NCBI GenBank assembly: GCA_964398205.1
Contig: CAYNLU010000002.1
Location: 1,004 to 65,003 of the forward strand
Source: an uncultured Candidatus Saccharibacteria bacterium
GTDB lineage: Bacteria; Patescibacteriota; Minisyncoccia; Phycocordibacterales; UBA9973
Direction: 5' to 3'
Length of the DNA: 64,000 nt
A program made the translations under genes and the position numbers. Shown in pieces: positions 17,434-27,566 of this stretch (the stretch's first letter is position 1; each line of letters starts with the position of its first letter). Under the pieces are notes generated by a model. That model was not told the origin of the DNA. It ran no database searches and saw only the letters and a program-made list of their open reading frames with translations.

Positions 17434-18906
17434 ATGAAAGAAAAGCTAGTAATTTATTGGGCAAGGCGGGATTTTAGATTGCGGGATAATCGAGCTTTAT
17501 TAAGCGCAGTTTTGAATGCTAAAAAAGAAAATATTAAATTCTTGCCGGTATTTATTATTGAGCCTTATATGACCCAAGGTAATCCGAAAGAGCAATTCGG
17601 CTACCCTTCTCGATATTTTTTATCAAAAGCTATTCCCCTTTTTAGTAAAAACTTTAAACAATTTTTATTAATAAAAGAGAAACCGGCTTCATTCTTTTTG
17701 AAACTTGCGAAAACTTATGAGCTCGAAATCTACGTAAACGAAGACGTTTATCCTGATTTCTATAAACAACTAAAAAAGATTAAAAATAGCAGTATCAATA
17801 TTAAACTTTTCCGAGATCAAATCACCGTAGATAAAAATACGAAAACCAGTATGAAAGATATCTATTCAGTATTTACTCCTTTTAAAAAGGCAGTTTGGCA
17901 ATCCTTCATAAACGAGAAAGAAGATAAAATTCCAAGCTTCGAAGGTTTAAGTTTTTTCAATCCTGAGAATTTCAAATTTAAAACTTTAAATCCTAAAAAT
18001 CAAAAAGAAATCCTAGCATTATTTAGCGACAAAGAAAGTATTTTGATTGATAGTGAGGTTATAAATCTCAAAGATATATTAAATACCAATAGAAATCTAG
18101 AGAATAATTATTTTAGTGAAGAAGAAGCTTTAAATCATTTTCGTAAATTTTTGAAAAATAAATTAAGTAAATACGACGAAAAAAGAGATTATTTAGATAA
18201 CGAGAATACTTCTAGGATGTCGCTCGCACTTGCTTGGGGACTAGTCTCTTCGAGAACTTTAGTAAAATTAATACAAAAACATTTCAAGAAAAATTTTGAA
18301 AATCCACTCTCCTTTTTAGAGTCGGATAAAGGCCCTTTGCAATTTATAAGTGAATTGATTTGGAGAGAGTTTTATAAATATTTATTATTTCACAACCCAA
18401 ATCTTTTAAATAAACCTTTTCAAAAGAAATTTGAAAATATAAAATGGATCAATCAAAAAGAAGCTTTAGAAAGATTTAAATTATGGATCAAGGGTGAAAC
18501 CGGCTACGCTATAGTAGACGCAGCAATGAACGAACTTCAGGCGACTGGCTATATGCATAATCGCGCCCGAATGATAGTTTCTTCTATACTTACTAAGAAT
18601 CTCGGAGTTTCTTGGCTTTGGGGTCAAGAATATTTTAGAGAAATGCTTATCGATTTAGATGAAGCTTCGAATAACGGAGGTTGGCAATGGGGAGCTTCGG
18701 TGGGCGCAGATCCGAAACCGATTCGGATTTTTAATCCCTATTTACAAGCTTCGAATTATGATCCGGATAATGTTTATCAAAATAAATGGTTAAGTAAAGA
18801 ATACTTAACAAATCCCCCGAAACCGATAATAGAGCATAAAGACGCTCGCGAACTCGCCTTAGAAAGATACGGATTATCAAAAAATATTAAAAATAGAAAC
18901 TATTAA
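17434..18906 (+). CDS. phrB: deoxyribodipyrimidine photolyase
   Basis: WARRDFRLRDN, ELIWREF, TGYAIVDAAM, GYMHNRARM, NNGGWQW, RIFNP. Confidence 0.92.
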   Translation: MKEKLVIYWARRDFRLRDNRALLSAVLNAKKENIKFLPVFIIEPYMTQGNPKEQFGYPSRYFLSKAIPLFSKNFKQFLLIKEKPASFFLKLAKTYELEIYVNEDVYPDFYKQLKKIKNSSINIKLFRDQITVDKNTKTSMKDIYSVFTPFKKAVWQSFINEKEDKIPSFEGLSFFNPENFKFKTLNPKNQKEILALFSDKESILIDSEVINLKDILNTNRNLENNYFSEEEALNHFRKFLKNKLSKYDEKRDYLDNENTSRMSLALAWGLVSSRTLVKLIQKHFKKNFENPLSFLESDKGPLQFISELIWREFYKYLLFHNPNLLNKPFQKKFENIKWINQKEALERFKLWIKGETGYAIVDAAMNELQATGYMHNRARMIVSSILTKNLGVSWLWGQEYFREMLIDLDEASNNGGWQWGASVGADPKPIRIFNPYLQASNYDPDNVYQNKWLSKEYLTNPPKPIIEHKDARELALERYGLSKNIKNRNY

Positions 18907-18910
18907 ACAT

Positions 18911-19297
18911 ATGGATAAAAATATAGAAAAATTTATTTTAAACTCTACAGCTAAAGCTTTAGCTACTTTAGGTAAAAACGGACTCAACGTCGTCCCAGTA
19001 TCTTCTCTCAAAGTAGTAGATTATGAGATTTGGCTTATAAATTACTTTATGGATAAAACTGTAGAGAATATTAAAGAAAATAATAAAGTTGCTTTAGTTT
19101 GCTGGAATAAAATGTTCGGTTATCAAATCAAAGGCGAAGTAGAATATTTTGAAAACGGAGAAAAATTCGATGAGGCAGTAATTTGGATTAAAGAAATCTT
19201 GCCTGACCGTATAGTCAAAGGATTGCTCGTGCTTAAACCGGAGGAAATCTTCGATATTGCCCCGACTAAAAATACGAAAGATTTCAGATACGAATAA
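18911..19297 (+). CDS. pyridoxamine 5'-phosphate oxidase-like (FMN-binding split barrel) protein
   Basis: ALAT..NVVPV..FMDKTVENIKEN.KVAL..GYQIKG. Confidence 0.8.
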   Translation: MDKNIEKFILNSTAKALATLGKNGLNVVPVSSLKVVDYEIWLINYFMDKTVENIKENNKVALVCWNKMFGYQIKGEVEYFENGEKFDEAVIWIKEILPDRIVKGLLVLKPEEIFDIAPTKNTKDFRYE

Positions 19298-19338
19298 ATT
19301 TAAAAATCACAAGTTTAAACTTGTGATTTTTAAATTTA
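19295..19338. terminator. 44-bp perfect palindrome, bidirectional terminator
   Basis: TAAATTTAAAAATCACAAGTTT followed by its exact reverse complement, between convergent genes. Confidence 0.75.
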
Positions 19339-19350
19339 ATTTTTATATCT

Positions 19351-20301
19351 TTAATAAAGATAACCGCGAGTACGAACCCCTACTACCCCGTCCGCACCTA
19401 AGTAATTATTTTGTTGGAAAAGCAAAACTGCATTTCGAGTTTCATAATCAAAATAATTATCAAAATTATTATTTACTAAATATCCTTTATTTGCTAAAAG
19501 TTGCTTCAAGCAAGATACGTCTGAACCGTACATACCGAATCTTAGAGTTCTATATAGAGAACAACTATTATAAACAGTTGAAACTCCTAATACATTACCG
19601 CTAATTACAGAATTAGAATTCACTACAGTTACGTTTACAGTATTACAAGTTGAAGGATTATTAGAACAAATAGTTAAACTTGAATAACCTGTATTGGAAG
19701 CATAAATAGTAACAGAATTACTATTGTAACTTAGATTTGAAACCAAATAACAAGGTTGACCAGTTATAGTACTGTATTGATTAGCAGAATTACAACCAAG
19801 ATTATTATAATTATTAGAATTATTTACATTCACAACTCCAGAATTTGAATTACTAGAAACGTAAACTCCACTTGCATTATTTCCTAAAGACAAAGTCGCG
19901 CTACTACCTAAAGGCAAAGTTAGACTAGTTATATTAAGTCCATTATTATTATAATTATTTTGATAATAATTATTTGGCCAAGATGCAGTCGTAGATTGCT
20001 GATTGTTCACCATAACATAAACCCCAGTATTGGTATTTATATTATAAGTACTAGTATTTAGAGAAGTAGAGAAATATCCACTATAATTAGTAGTACCTAA
20101 ATACACACTTTGCAAAGAATAATTATTGTTGTAATAGAGAGTGACGTTTGAATTTGGATCTCCGTACACACTAACGAACACAGTATTATTACCATTATTA
20201 GACAAGGATAAAGTCGGTGTCATTGCAGAGACTTTATTAGTAAAACCTAAAAGAGCGAAAGTCAAAAGGGCAAAAACTAACAATTTACTATATATTTTCA
20301 T
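19351..20301 (-). CDS. secreted Asn/Ser/Tyr-rich protein with C-terminal peptidoglycan-binding domain
   Basis: Signal peptide; LRFGMYGSDVSCLKQLL..FDYETRNAVLLFQ..ADGVVG (PG_binding_1-like). Confidence 0.85.
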   Translation of the reverse strand: MKIYSKLLVFALLTFALLGFTNKVSAMTPTLSLSNNGNNTVFVSVYGDPNSNVTLYYNNNYSLQSVYLGTTNYSGYFSTSLNTSTYNINTNTGVYVMVNNQQSTTASWPNNYYQNNYNNNGLNITSLTLPLGSSATLSLGNNASGVYVSSNSNSGVVNVNNSNNYNNLGCNSANQYSTITGQPCYLVSNLSYNSNSVTIYASNTGYSSLTICSNNPSTCNTVNVTVVNSNSVISGNVLGVSTVYNSCSLYRTLRFGMYGSDVSCLKQLLANKGYLVNNNFDNYFDYETRNAVLLFQQNNYLGADGVVGVRTRGYLY

Positions 20302-20414
20302 AATATTTTACTAAATTAGCTTATAATCTACCTATTTACGGTATTACCTTAAAGCCTATACTAATTTGAATAAATTTACAATAAGAAGGGAAAAACTTAT
20401 GTTATACTAAAAAT

Positions 20415-21527
20415 ATGTCTAGAATATTTTTTGGTTTAATAATGGCGCTTTTTTTAATAGGAATTTCTTACTTTAATACCAAAGTTTATAGCTATGGCTT
20501 AAGATTAAGTGATCAAAATACTAAAATTTTATTTTTTGTATTTTTACTCATTCCCCTATTGTTTGCTTTTAGTATGATTTTAGGGTTTGGAGGTTTAATG
20601 CCGAATTTTTTACATAGAATTATGCAAATGATTGCCGGCTTTGGACTTTATTTATTCTTTGGAGCTATCACACTCGGAATTATTTACATTTTTGGATTTT
20701 TATTAAAAATAAACATTCCTTCTTATTTCGGTTATGCATTTTTCATTTTATCTTTAGCACTAGCAAGTATCGGATTTATTCAAGCTCGATTTATCAAAGT
20801 TGTTGATTATACTATTAAAAGTGAAAAAGTTCCGGATTCTTTAGTAGGCAAAAAAGCTATTCTCGTAGCTGATACTCATTTTGGTAGAATCAATCACAAA
20901 GCTTTTTCTGATAAAGTTGTAAATAAAATAATTTCTCTTAATCCTGATTTCGTATTGCATGCTGGAGATTTCTACGATGGACCAAAGAATAATACAAATT
21001 TAATTAGTGAAAGCTGGACTAAACTCGCTTCCAAATATCCCGTCTTCTTAGCCCCAGGGAATCATGAAGAATACGGTGATTATCCGATCTTCATAGAATC
21101 TATGAAGAAAGCTGGGATTATTGTATTGCAAGACGAAAAAGTTAATTATCAAGACATAGAAATTTTCGGTTTAACTTACAAAGAAAATACTACTGGTAAA
21201 AATCAAAATACCTTAGCTTTAGTAGATAAAGTTCTCAAAAAGATAGAAGTTGATGAAAATAAATTCAACATTTTAATTCATCATTCCCCTACTTCTTTGA
21301 ATATAGCAGAGCAAAATAATATTGACTTACAAGTCTCCGGGCACACTCATAAAGGTCAATTCTGGCCACTTAACTATATAGTAGAATATATTTACAAAGA
21401 ATATGCTTATGGGCTTCACCCGTATCAAGACTTACAAGTATTAACTACTTCCGGCGTCGGTACAGCAAGCGTCCCTTCCCGACTATTTAATACTCCAGAA
21501 TTAGTAAGAATTACTTTTACAAAATAA
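20415..21527 (+). CDS. membrane-anchored metallophosphoesterase (YkuE-like)
   Basis: N-terminal TMs; ADTH, AGD, GNHE, SGHTH motifs. Confidence 0.9.
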   Translation: MSRIFFGLIMALFLIGISYFNTKVYSYGLRLSDQNTKILFFVFLLIPLLFAFSMILGFGGLMPNFLHRIMQMIAGFGLYLFFGAITLGIIYIFGFLLKINIPSYFGYAFFILSLALASIGFIQARFIKVVDYTIKSEKVPDSLVGKKAILVADTHFGRINHKAFSDKVVNKIISLNPDFVLHAGDFYDGPKNNTNLISESWTKLASKYPVFLAPGNHEEYGDYPIFIESMKKAGIIVLQDEKVNYQDIEIFGLTYKENTTGKNQNTLALVDKVLKKIEVDENKFNILIHHSPTSLNIAEQNNIDLQVSGHTHKGQFWPLNYIVEYIYKEYAYGLHPYQDLQVLTTSGVGTASVPSRLFNTPELVRITFTK

Positions 21528-21581
21528 AACATCTATTATTCTTAATTCCTTATAAATCATAATATAGGGATTTTAACTTGC

Positions 21582-21610
21582 TTGCCAAGATATATATATA
21601 TATATATAAT
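21582..21610 (+). promoter_or_regulatory. sigma70-type promoter with TA dinucleotide tract in the spacer
   Basis: TTGCCA (21582-21587), 17 bp, TATAAT (21605-21610); alternating AT run 21590-21608. Confidence 0.65.
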
Positions 21611-21638
21611 TTAAGTATTATAAATAACATTCAAATTT

Positions 21639-21836
21639 ATGAGTGAAATAACATTAACAGCCGAAGAAGTAAAAACTATTTTTGAAAAATTACAAAAAGG
21701 TGAATCTACTCAAGAAGAAGAATTACAATTATTAAAAACCCTAAACCTAGGGGTAGAAGCTATGCGTGATTTAGCAAAAGAATTTGGTAATGAAATAAAA
21801 GTCGAAGAACTTAAAAATACTAATACAGAAAAATAA
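21639..21836 (+). CDS. small acidic helical hypothetical protein
   Basis: 65-aa ORF, 1 nt from the next gene. Confidence 0.65.
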   Translation: MSEITLTAEEVKTIFEKLQKGESTQEEELQLLKTLNLGVEAMRDLAKEFGNEIKVEELKNTNTEK

Positions 21837-21837
21837 C

Positions 21838-22500
21838 ATGAAATTTAATTTTGAAAAACATATAAAAACTCCTGAACCAGAAACAAAAAAAGAGGAATTA
21901 AATGATGAACAAATAGAAGCGAATTATGAACAAGAAATCTTAGCTGAAACTAAAAAACTAGGCACTAATTTAGCATCTTTAAAATCTGAAATAGACGCAT
22001 TAGGTGGTCCAGAAAAATTTAAAGAATATTTTGAAAAACCAGTATTAATGGAGAATGGAAATGAAATAAGAAAAGGTGAGGTTGGAAACATAGAAACAAG
22101 AGGTTCTTACGAAATCCAAAAATTAAGTCAAAAAATAAAAGAAAAGATAAGTTTAAAAGCTGCTGTAGCCTTAGCTTCTATTATGAATTTTATGCATATT
22201 TATGGTATATCCATGATGAATCAAAATATGGGTAATAAAAATATTCAAGAATATTTTAGCCAAGAAACAATGCAAACTATAATAAATAATTTTAATAATT
22301 TTTCAGAAAAAAATGCAGTTAATCAAGGAGCAATGATTACTGGATTAATGTTCAGTGCTATGATATTAAGTATTCAATCAGGCGCGATTTATACAGGGAT
22401 AAAAGATGCTATTGAAAAAAGAAAACTAAAAAGAGAAAAAGCGAAACAAGAATTGAAGTTCAAAATGACTGATACTGATATAGATAAAAAATTTAATTAA
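21838..22500 (+). CDS. hypothetical protein with coiled coil and two hydrophobic segments
   Basis: 220-aa ORF followed by a terminator. Confidence 0.7.
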   Translation: MKFNFEKHIKTPEPETKKEELNDEQIEANYEQEILAETKKLGTNLASLKSEIDALGGPEKFKEYFEKPVLMENGNEIRKGEVGNIETRGSYEIQKLSQKIKEKISLKAAVALASIMNFMHIYGISMMNQNMGNKNIQEYFSQETMQTIINNFNNFSEKNAVNQGAMITGLMFSAMILSIQSGAIYTGIKDAIEKRKLKREKAKQELKFKMTDTDIDKKFN

Positions 22501-22535
22501 AAGAAACCCCATAGGTCTTACCTATGGGGTTTCTT
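22501..22535. terminator. bidirectional intrinsic terminator
   Basis: 16-bp stem AAGAAACCCCATAGGT/ACCTATGGGGTTTCTT. Confidence 0.85.
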
Positions 22536-22542
22536 TTTAGTG

Positions 22543-23271
22543 CTATTTAAAATTTTTAATTAAATTCTCTTCAAAATTAACGGTATTTTCGGCAAATCCT
22601 CTATCTAAAAGATAAGTTGCGAATTTTTTATCATAACCGGTAATGATAAAAATTCCAGTTAAAATAAATAAAATAGCAAAGACTTTTTTAACTTTCTCTA
22701 AAGTATTTTCGTTTTTAGCGAAAATATTAATAACTTTATTCCCCAAATAAGCAACTAAAAATAGAGCGAGGGTAAGTCCTAAAATAAATCCCAAAAGATA
22801 TAGCAAGCCTTCATTTATACTTTTAGGTAAGACTGTTCCTAGGATAAAAAAGTAAGTCGGGCTACAAGTCGTAAAGACAGGACCTAAAGAAAAACCAATA
22901 AGTACATCTCCATAAGAATTATTTTTCTTATAACCCTCCCCTAAACTTTTATTTGCAGAGAGATTTAAAATTTTTACAAAAGGTAAATTAGCCCAAATAC
23001 TAGGAAACAAAATACTAAATCCTAAAAATATAATTATTAATCCTGAAAAATATTGCCAGAAGGTTTCCGGTATATCTATAAACAAAGTGCTCGCTTTTAA
23101 TAAAATTGTAAAAATAAAAACAGAAAAAGCTAAAGATAATATAACTCTAAAAGTTTTTGCACTAGATTTTCCAGCATCACTACTACCTACTACCACCGGC
23201 AACAAAGGAAAAATACAAGGCGCAAGTATAGTTAAAGCACCAGCTAAAATTGAAATCAAAAACAAAATCAT
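22543..23271 (-). CDS. CcdA/DsbD-type thiol-disulfide transporter
   Basis: LAPCIFPLLP and TTCSP conserved cysteines; multiple TMs. Confidence 0.85.
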   Translation of the reverse strand: MILFLISILAGALTILAPCIFPLLPVVVGSSDAGKSSAKTFRVILSLAFSVFIFTILLKASTLFIDIPETFWQYFSGLIIIFLGFSILFPSIWANLPFVKILNLSANKSLGEGYKKNNSYGDVLIGFSLGPVFTTCSPTYFFILGTVLPKSINEGLLYLLGFILGLTLALFLVAYLGNKVINIFAKNENTLEKVKKVFAILFILTGIFIITGYDKKFATYLLDRGFAENTVNFEENLIKNFK

Positions 23272-23272
23272 T

Positions 23273-23788
23273 TTATATTTGTTCGATTAGATCTGCTAAG
23301 GTTGGACTACCGGACCATTTCTTGATCAGATTACCATTTGCATCAACTTGTACTAAAGTATGCTGATAAGTTACTCCGTATTTTTTCTTTAAATCTTTAT
23401 ATTCATCATAATCAACATCCAAGATTAATAAATCTTTTGGAATATTGTTACGATTATTTTCTATATCTCTATCCAAAGCTCGACAAGTCGGACACCAAGA
23501 CGCCCTAAAAAATAAAACTACATTCCCTTTATTGGCGAAAGCGAGAGCTGAAGGCTCGTAAGTTTCATACCCAGAAACTAAACCTTCTTCACCTACCCTA
23601 GACTCTAAGTTTTCTTGATTAGATTTTTGATCATCTAAATCACTCTTTAGACTAGATTCGGAATTTATGTTTTTCTCATTATTTAAATTTTGATTTTCTT
23701 TATCAACAAAGAAAAATACAGCGAAGGCACTTATTAACAAAATAACAACAATTAAATTAAAGTAGCTAAAACCTTTTTGATATTTCAT
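23273..23788 (-). CDS. membrane-anchored thioredoxin family protein
   Basis: N-terminal TM; FRASWCPTC. Confidence 0.88.
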   Translation of the reverse strand: MKYQKGFSYFNLIVVILLISAFAVFFFVDKENQNLNNEKNINSESSLKSDLDDQKSNQENLESRVGEEGLVSGYETYEPSALAFANKGNVVLFFRASWCPTCRALDRDIENNRNNIPKDLLILDVDYDEYKDLKKKYGVTYQHTLVQVDANGNLIKKWSGSPTLADLIEQI

Positions 23789-23870
23789 ATTTTTATAATT
23801 AATATTAATTACTTTAATTATACTATAAAATCAAATTTACTTTTATACACAAAAGTATTAAGATAAATTT

Positions 23871-24296
23871 ATGAAACAATACGAAGAAATTCTAGACAAT
23901 AAAGGGCTTAAAAAAACTGAAATTCGTATTTTATTACTAGATTTCTTGTCTAAAATCAAAAAACCCATAAGTGCTTCAGAAATTTTACTTCAATTAAAGA
24001 AAAATAAACTTGATCAAGTTACTGTTTATCGAACTTTAGAGTCTTTTTTAGAAAAAGGCATCATTAAAAAAGTAGAAACTGGTAAAAGAGAGTCAGAATA
24101 CGAAATAATTGATAAAAAAAACGATCATCATCATATGATCTGCATGAAATGTAACCGAATCGAGGACTTTGTAGGTTGCGACAGCTTAAAAATCGTAGAA
24201 AGTGCATTAAAAAAAGCAAAAAACTTTAAAAAAATTAGTCATCATTCCTTTGATTTATTTGGTCTTTGCAATAATTGCGAGGAAAATAAAAAATAA
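23871..24296 (+). CDS. Fur family transcriptional regulator
   Basis: TVYRTL, HHHMICMKC, C-terminal CNNC. Confidence 0.92.
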   Translation: MKQYEEILDNKGLKKTEIRILLLDFLSKIKKPISASEILLQLKKNKLDQVTVYRTLESFLEKGIIKKVETGKRESEYEIIDKKNDHHHMICMKCNRIEDFVGCDSLKIVESALKKAKNFKKISHHSFDLFGLCNNCEENKK

Positions 24297-24298
24297 AC

Positions 24299-24404
24299 TG
24301 TGGATAACTATAAGACATATTAAAAAATATGCCAAATACCTTTATATATAAAGGTATTTTTAACTTTGCTCGAGGTATATCAAGTATGATAAAATTATCA
24401 TACT
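24299..24404. promoter_or_regulatory. nrdBA upstream region: DnaA box, 26-bp palindrome, Fur-box-like inverted repeat
   Basis: TGTGGATAA 24299-24307; AAATACCTTTATATATAAAGGTATTT 24334-24359; AGTATGATAA-AA-TTATCATACT 24383-24404. Confidence 0.6.
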
Positions 24405-24449
24405 AAGGGCGAATTTTTTAGAGAAAAATTATAAATTAATTAACATTTT

Positions 24450-25766
24450 ATGACTACAAACAATAATAAAAATCTTGTAAACTGCGTAACCAAAAGAGAT
24501 GGTACGATTGCAGATTTTAATATCAAAAAAATAGAAAACGCTATATATAAAGCGATGATTTCAGTAGGACAAGGTACGAACGAAGACGCAGAAAAAGTAG
24601 CAGAACAAGTGGTCATAAAATTAAATGCAAAATTTGCTACCGAATTAGATCACAGTGATGGAAAATTAGAGGTTTGCCCGAACGTAGAAGAAGTTCAAGA
24701 TATTGTCGAGGAAACCCTAATGGAAAAAGACTTTTTTGAAGTCGCAAAAGCTTATATTATTTACCGTAAAGAAAGAGCTGAGGAAAGAAAACGAGATATT
24801 TTCAAGAAAAGAATTCAATTAAAGCCTTATGAATACCCTGAATTATATGAATACGTTAGTGCTATCCGTCACTCTTATTGGATCCATACTGAATTTAACT
24901 TTGTTAGCGATATTCAAGACTTCAAAGTTAATGTTTCAGAAAACGAAAAATCTGCTATCAAGCACTGCATGCTAGCTATTGCTCAAATCGAGGTAGCAGT
25001 AAAAACTTTCTGGGGAGATATCTATAAAAAAATGCCAAAACCAGAAATCGGAGCAGTTGGAGCTACTTTTGCAGAAAGTGAAGTTCGCCACACAGACGCT
25101 TACTCTCACCTACTTGAAATCCTGGGCCTCAATACTGAATTCGGTAATATTAAAAATATTCCGGCTTTAATGAATAGAGTTAATTATTTAGAAAAAGCTA
25201 TAGCGAACAAAGGTAGTAATGATAATCGTGAATATACTCAATCAATACTCCTATTTTCTTTGTTTATAGAGCACGTTTCCCTCTTCTCTCAATTTCTAAT
25301 CATAATGTCTTTCAATAAGCACAAGAACCTATTCAAAGGAATTTCTAATGCAGTTGAAGCAACCTCCAAAGAAGAGCAAATTCACGGCTTATTCGGTATA
25401 GATCTTATAAATATTATTAGAGCAGAACATCCAGAATGGTTCGACAAAGAATTTGAGGATAGTATTGTGGCTATGTGTCACGAAGCTTTCGAATCAGAAA
25501 AAGGTGTAGTAGATTGGATTTTTGAAAAAGGAGAATTAGATTTTATGCCAAAAGTAGTAGTCTTAGAGTTTATCAAGCAAAGATTCAATAATTCTTTACA
25601 AAGTATAGGAATTAATAAAATCTTTGAAATTGACGAAATGTTCCTTAAAGAATCTGATTGGTTCTACGATGAAGTGATAGCAACTAAGCACGGAGACTTC
25701 TTTAACAAGAAATCGATAAATTACAACAAAAAAGGTAAAAGTATTACAAGCGACGATCTGTTTTAA
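24450..25766 (+). CDS. nrdB: ribonucleotide reductase beta subunit with N-terminal ATP cone (class Id-like)
   Basis: VTKRDG..KIENAI..VEEVQDIVEETLM..AKAYIIYR ATP cone; QIEVAVK, ESEVRHTDAY, EHVSLF, EEQIH. Confidence 0.92.
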   Translation: MTTNNNKNLVNCVTKRDGTIADFNIKKIENAIYKAMISVGQGTNEDAEKVAEQVVIKLNAKFATELDHSDGKLEVCPNVEEVQDIVEETLMEKDFFEVAKAYIIYRKERAEERKRDIFKKRIQLKPYEYPELYEYVSAIRHSYWIHTEFNFVSDIQDFKVNVSENEKSAIKHCMLAIAQIEVAVKTFWGDIYKKMPKPEIGAVGATFAESEVRHTDAYSHLLEILGLNTEFGNIKNIPALMNRVNYLEKAIANKGSNDNREYTQSILLFSLFIEHVSLFSQFLIIMSFNKHKNLFKGISNAVEATSKEEQIHGLFGIDLINIIRAEHPEWFDKEFEDSIVAMCHEAFESEKGVVDWIFEKGELDFMPKVVVLEFIKQRFNNSLQSIGINKIFEIDEMFLKESDWFYDEVIATKHGDFFNKKSINYNKKGKSITSDDLF

Positions 25767-25796
25767 TTATTAATAATATAATCATAAAAAATAAAC

Positions 25797-27527
25797 ATGT
25801 ACTGGTTAAATGAAAATAGTAGAAAATTTTTAGCAAAGGGTTACTTAATGGAAGGCGTTACTGCAGAAGAACGTATTCGTGAAATTGCAAATATTGCAGA
25901 AAAGTATTTAAATAAGCCGGGTTTCGCAGATAAGTTTTATGATTATATGTCTCGTGGCTTTTATTCTTTAGCCTCTCCTGTTTGGTCTAACTATGGACTT
26001 AGTAGAGGGTTACCTATAAGCTGTTTTTCAAGTTTTATTGCAGACGATATGTCTCGTATACTTTTTACTCATGCTGAAGTAGGTATGATGACTAAATACG
26101 GAGGAGGTACTGCTGGTCACTTTGCAGGTCTTCGTCCTCGTGGAGCAGTTATTAAAGATAACGGGCATTCTTCAGGAGCAGTACACTTTATGGAACTTTT
26201 TGATAATCTTATAAATATAGTTAGTCAAGGTTCTGTACGTCGTGGTCATTTCGCACCTTATTTACCTGTAGAGCACGGTGATATTGAAGAATTCCTAAAT
26301 ATCGGTAAAGAAGGTCACCCTATACAAGAATCTACTTATGCGGTTACTGTTACAGATGCTTGGATTAAAGATATGGTAGGAGGAGATCAAGAAAAAAGAA
26401 AGATTTGGGCAAAAATAATTCAACGCCGAACTGAAATAGGTTATCCTTATATTTTATTCTCTGATACCGTAAACAATAACACTGTAGACGTATATAAAGA
26501 TAAAAATATGAAAATTTATGGTAGTAATCTTTGTTCAGAAATTTGTTTACCTACTAGTGATGAAATTTCTTTTGTTTGTTGTTTGTCATCTATGAATTTA
26601 CGTCACTACAAAGAATGGAAAGATACTGACGCGGTTGAAACTTTAACTATGTTCCTCGATACTGTTATTTCTGACTTTTTAGCTCGACTCGAAAGTCTAC
26701 GTGATCATGAAGATCCTCAAAAGCAAAGTGCGTTTTATTTTATGCAACGTGCATATAAATTTGCTAAAGAACACAGAGCTTTAGGTTTAGGGGTTTTAGG
26801 TTGGCACACTTTCCTTCAAGAAAACAACATTGCTTTTGAAAGCAAAGAAGCTATCGAACTTAACAAAGAAATCTTTAAATTAATTAACGAGAAATCTTAT
26901 AATGCATCAGCAGAGCTTGCGAAAGAATACGGTGAACCAGAAATTCTAAAAGGTTACGGACGTCGCAATACTACCCTTATCGCTATCGCGCCTACTACTT
27001 CTTCGGCTTTTATCTTAGGTCAAGTTTCTCAAAGTATTGAGCCTATTATGTCTAACGCTTTTGTTAAAGACGTAGACAAGATGAAAGTTACAATCAAAAA
27101 TCCTACTCTAGAAAAATTATTAGAAGAAAAAGGTATGAACACTAATGAAGTTTGGAGTAGTATTCGGGACAATGACGGCTCCGTGCAACACTTAGACGGA
27201 TTAACTGAGCACGAGAAAATGGTATTTAGAACTTTCAGCGAACTTGATCAAAAGATAATCATAGATCAAGCTTCTGATCGTCAAAAATATATCGATCAAG
27301 CTCAATCTTTAAACCTTATGATTGACCCTACTATGCCTACTAAAGACTTAAATGCGCTTTATCTCTATGCTTGGGAAAAGGGGGTTAAAACTCTTTACTA
27401 TCAACACAGTATGAATGCCGCTCAACAATTCGGACGCAAGAAATTGCAAGAAGTTGAGATGAAAAAGAAAGCTCTCAAAGAAGCAGAAGAAAACGGCTAC
27501 AACGTCTGCGTAAGTTGCGAAGGATAA
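25797..27527 (+). CDS. nrdA: ribonucleotide reductase alpha subunit (no ATP cone)
   Basis: PISCF, SNLCSEI, APTTSS, KTLYY, C-terminal CVSC. Confidence 0.93.
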   Translation: MYWLNENSRKFLAKGYLMEGVTAEERIREIANIAEKYLNKPGFADKFYDYMSRGFYSLASPVWSNYGLSRGLPISCFSSFIADDMSRILFTHAEVGMMTKYGGGTAGHFAGLRPRGAVIKDNGHSSGAVHFMELFDNLINIVSQGSVRRGHFAPYLPVEHGDIEEFLNIGKEGHPIQESTYAVTVTDAWIKDMVGGDQEKRKIWAKIIQRRTEIGYPYILFSDTVNNNTVDVYKDKNMKIYGSNLCSEICLPTSDEISFVCCLSSMNLRHYKEWKDTDAVETLTMFLDTVISDFLARLESLRDHEDPQKQSAFYFMQRAYKFAKEHRALGLGVLGWHTFLQENNIAFESKEAIELNKEIFKLINEKSYNASAELAKEYGEPEILKGYGRRNTTLIAIAPTTSSAFILGQVSQSIEPIMSNAFVKDVDKMKVTIKNPTLEKLLEEKGMNTNEVWSSIRDNDGSVQHLDGLTEHEKMVFRTFSELDQKIIIDQASDRQKYIDQAQSLNLMIDPTMPTKDLNALYLYAWEKGVKTLYYQHSMNAAQQFGRKKLQEVEMKKKALKEAEENGYNVCVSCEG

Positions 27528-27529
27528 AA

Positions 27530-27563
27530 AAAATAAAAAACCACATTAGTGGTTTTTTATTTT
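27530..27563. terminator. bidirectional terminator between the two RNR operons
   Basis: AAAATAAAAAACCAC/GTGGTTTTTTATTTT inverted repeat. Confidence 0.8.
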
Positions 27564-27566
27564 TAT

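Noticed and set aside
19351-20301. Asn-rich low-complexity tracts as a tandem-repeat element
   Set aside because: Ordinary coding low complexity of a surface protein
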